Of a DNA stretch of 64,000 nt, positions 60,051-64,000 are shown piece by piece. The position numbers were made by a program, and so were the translations under genes. Each line of letters begins with the position of its first letter. Positions within the stretch are counted from its first letter, which is position 1. The notes beneath the pieces are model-generated. The model had not been told where the DNA came from and did not search any database. It saw only the letters and a list, made by a program, of their open reading frames with translations. Origin of the DNA: Macrostomum lignano (lineage: Eukaryota); the NCBI GenBank assembly GCA_002269645.1, contig NIVC01000137.1:1-64000 (forward strand), given 5' to 3'.

Positions 60051-60782
60051 AGATTATGAGATTGTAGAGATTGTACAGATTTTAGACATCTACAGACATC
60101 TACATCTAGACACATCTAATCTCGTAAAAGGGTGAAGGCATATCTAGAGCTACATACTAAGATTAGAGTTTAAGAGAAGATGCAGATTATAAACAGATGA
60201 AGTCAGACGAGCTAAAAAAGTCAGTTAGATTTTTAAAGCCGATAAAGACAGACGGTGCCCCGATTCGTGACAGCTGAAAAATGTTGAGAGCGGGAGACTG
60301 GGACACTTCGAGGCTCGAGGTCCTCCCCTTGGGGGAGAGAAAAGCCAGATTTCATAAATAATTAGTTGGCGTCGATCTGGGCTTCAAGCCTTGGATTCTA
60401 TCTGTAAGATCAGCGAAATGATGGTTGTTGAGCAATTCTCGAAGCTCAAATTATCTAAATATTCCTGGATCTCATCTCTGTGCCTGAGATATTCTGGAAG
60501 ATTTTACGAGAATGTTTTCCTCCCATAAATTTAGATGTTGAGTCAAACAAGGATTGACTGCTTGTTTTAACGCCAAGCAATATAAACACAAGATTGGAAA
60601 TAAATTGAGTCAGAAACTTTTCCTTTCTAAGAAGTCTCCAAGGATTTCTTAACGCCCCATTTGACCGCGACTGGCCTGCTCTGAGTGATGGATTGCAGCT
60701 TGGCAGAAAATTGCAGAAAAATAATTCAAAAACAGTTTCTGACTCAATTCACACTTGCTGAGTTCATTCACGGGGAATCACA

Positions 60783-61139
60783 GGGTGAGAGAGGGTGAGA
60801 GAGTGAGAGAGATGGTGAGGGAGGTGAGAGAGGGTGAGAGAGGGTGAGAGAAGTCAGAGAGGGTGAGAGAGACGGAGAGAGGGGGAGAGGGTGAGAGAAG
60901 GTGAGAGAAGTCAGAGAGGGTGAGAGAGACGGAGAGAGGGGGAGAGGGTGAGAGAAGGTGAGAGGGTGAGAGAAGGTGGGAGGGTGAGAGAGAGAGGGAG
61001 AGAGGGTGAGAGAGAGGATGAGAGAAGGTGAGAGAGTGAGAGAGGGTGAGAAAGAGGGAGAGAGGGAGAGAGGGTGAGAGGGAGGGAGAAAGGGAGAGAG
61101 GGTGAGAGAGGGTGAGAGAGGGTGAGAGAAGATGAGAGA

Positions 61140-61179
<40 letters not shown>

Positions 61180-61205
61180 GAGATTGTGAGAGAGTGTGAG
61201 AGGGG
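60783..61205. repeat. GA-rich low-complexity repeat (GAGAGGGTGAGA)
   Basis: Direct reading. Confidence 0.92.
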
Positions 61206-61904
61206 TTGAGATATTATAGACCTATGTGACTGTAGAGACGAACTAGCAATTAAAGTTAACCTGAAAAACGCACTGCCCCGCACCGGTAGCTTCCCAATTA
61301 CAATAATAAAAATTAATTCTACATTGTGATTTTGGCACACATCTGGACCCGAGAGTGCAAAGCTGTTAATGTGAGCTATTAAGTGACAATAATGATAATT
61401 GAAGATGGCTTACCGGATGTGCTGCACTATAAATAACTTTGATTAATAAGACGTGACAGCTTTCGCATGTAAATCAGAAACTAAAAGACGATGTTGGGCT
61501 CCAGTAAACTTGCTGGGCGTCAAAAATCGTGCTTTTATATCCGCCAGGATTACAGACTGCAGTCTAGCAGGAATCGCCGGGGCGAACGGCTCTGCTGAGC
61601 CAGTGAGGGGGTCGGAGCGCCGATTTCTATTGGCTGAGAGCCGAGTGCAGCCCCACCCCTTCTCTCTCCCAAGTTGGAAACCGCTGCAGGTGGGCTGGGC
61701 CAGCTAATTATGATTTTGCTAACCTGCCTCTGGCTGATAGAGGCGCTCCAATTAAAACGGTAGAAAGTGAGACCAATTTAGAGCTTGTTTACTTCTCATT
61801 AAATTCTGCCGCCAATTTGGTCAACTCCGCGTGAGAGCGCGGCCCGGCAACCGGGTGCTGCTTGTCCTGCTTTTAGGGGGATGACTCAATTGAGTCTGTC
61901 CAAC

Positions 61905-62550
<646 letters not shown>

Positions 62551-63096
62551 AGCGAATTCCATTTTTCCATATCGATTCAGTGTGCTCTACCTCTAGTAGG
62601 ATAAAAGGAAATTGTGATTTTTTAGCCTCAGGAAGCTTCAAATTTGGACAACAGCAGACCTCCTCAACGTCACCAGAACGAAACACACCCGCACTACCAG
62701 AAGCTATGGAAATGCGCACCTTGCAGGCCGCCAAGCCAATGCTGGCCTTCACCACTGCACACGGCCTGCTTTATAAACATGGACCAGTTACAAGTCAGCA
62801 ATAAACAGGCCTGGGCTGATTGCTGGGACAGTGCAGAGACGAATGAGGGGGGGGGGGGGGGAAAGCCTGAACTGCCAACCCAGCCACCCAACCCCAGGCT
62901 GCGCACCGGGGAGCTCTTTTTCCGATTTTAGATTTAGAAAATACTGGAGAGGAAAGGTCTGTCGCCTTTCTTTTTTTGCCAGATTAGGAAAAATATATTT
63001 TTTCTGAAGCTTGTTCTTAACTTTGAAAAGAAATTAAATTTTCCTGCATAAAGTCGTCTACAGTCAACAACTGTCAAGTCAGGGCCTCTGAAACCT

Positions 63097-63530
63097 CTGG
63101 GTGCTGGCGCCCCTGGTGCTGGCGCCCCTTGGTGCTGGCGCCCCTTGGTGCTGGCGCCCCTTGGTGCTGGCGCCCTTTGGTGCTGGCGCCCCTTGGTGCT
63201 GGCGCCCCTTGGTGCTGGCGCCCCTTGGTGCTGGCGCCCCTTGGTGCTGGCGAACTTTGGTGCTGGCGCCCTTTGGTGCTGGCGCCCCTTGGTGCTGGCG
63301 CCCTTTGGTGCTGGCGCCCTTTGGTGCTGGCGCCCCTTGGTGCTGGCGCCCTTTGGTGCTGGCGCCCCTTGGTGCTGGCGCCCCTTGGTGCTGGCGCCCT
63401 TTGGTGCTGGCGCCCTTTGGTGCTGGCGCCCCTTGGTGCTGGCGCCCCTTGGTGCTGGCGCCCCTTGGTGCTGGCGCCCCTTGGTGCTGGCGCCCCTTGG
63501 TGCTGGCGCCCCTTGGTGCTGGCGCCCCTC
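63097..63530. repeat. 16-bp minisatellite GGTGCTGGCGCCCCTT
   Basis: ~27 tandem units. Confidence 0.96.
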
Positions 63531-64000
63531 GGCGCTGCAGAACTAGGAGCTCTTATAACCGGAAACTCCCTAACCAGAATCTCTCTCTGCTGCAGTTCGG
63601 CCCAGTGTTCCATGGCTGCAGTCATGTACACCAGCTGCGCGCACATAAGTAAAGCGAGCGCACTGCCCCTCCCCCTGACGCCAAGAGTAAAACTGATACG
63701 AGCGTGAAGAGCTGAGAGGCAGCTTGAACTGCAGTCACTTTGGAGCCAGCTAAATAAAGCCATTACTAATTTCGCATGTTGCCTATTTATAGCACTAAAC
63801 TAAATAATTCCTGCAGTCTACATCTCAAACAATAGTATTTCAACCAGCAACAAGTGAGATGTACAGTCAATCTGTTAAAGGTGAGTTCAATGCTACTTAA
63901 ACTGCAGTTGTACAAAACCCCTTACCCCTACGCTCGTACTTCAATAGAAAGCGAACTTGCATGGGCTGGGTGCTAGTTGAAATTGTATTTATTTACTAAC

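Overview
Eukaryotic (metazoan) genomic DNA, very rich in repeats. Composition, low-complexity proteins and the many ~20-bp minisatellites resemble a free-living flatworm such as Macrostomum; this is an inference, not verified. (1) 1 to ~6.6 kb is the right-hand part of a Polinton/Maverick (adintovirus-like endogenous virus). It carries minor capsid protein, an adenovirus pX-like small protein, a conserved unknown ORF, a chromodomain-bearing DDE integrase, a frameshifted basic core-like protein, double jelly-roll major capsid protein and an adenain-like protease. pPolB and the packaging ATPase are not in the window. (2) ~6.9-15.9 kb is a transposon nest: an inverted-repeat element, a Mutator/foldback-like element with phased AAGCGCGCA motifs and a central hairpin, a hAT-like element with an 8-bp TSD, and a decayed THAP/P-element transposase. 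The transposase is split by a 5'-truncated RT-RNase H LINE that is flanked by an exact 102-bp direct repeat. (3) 17.8-63.5 kb is mostly mini- and microsatellite arrays, including a 9.4-kb 12-mer satellite. It also holds a decayed Ty3/Gypsy gag and two credible host genes: a single-exon TMEM121/CECR6-like membrane protein (+) and a two-exon, 7-cadherin-repeat protocadherin (-). Most long ORFs in the supplied track are artefacts of stop-free satellites. No rRNA, intact tRNA or CRISPR array is supported.
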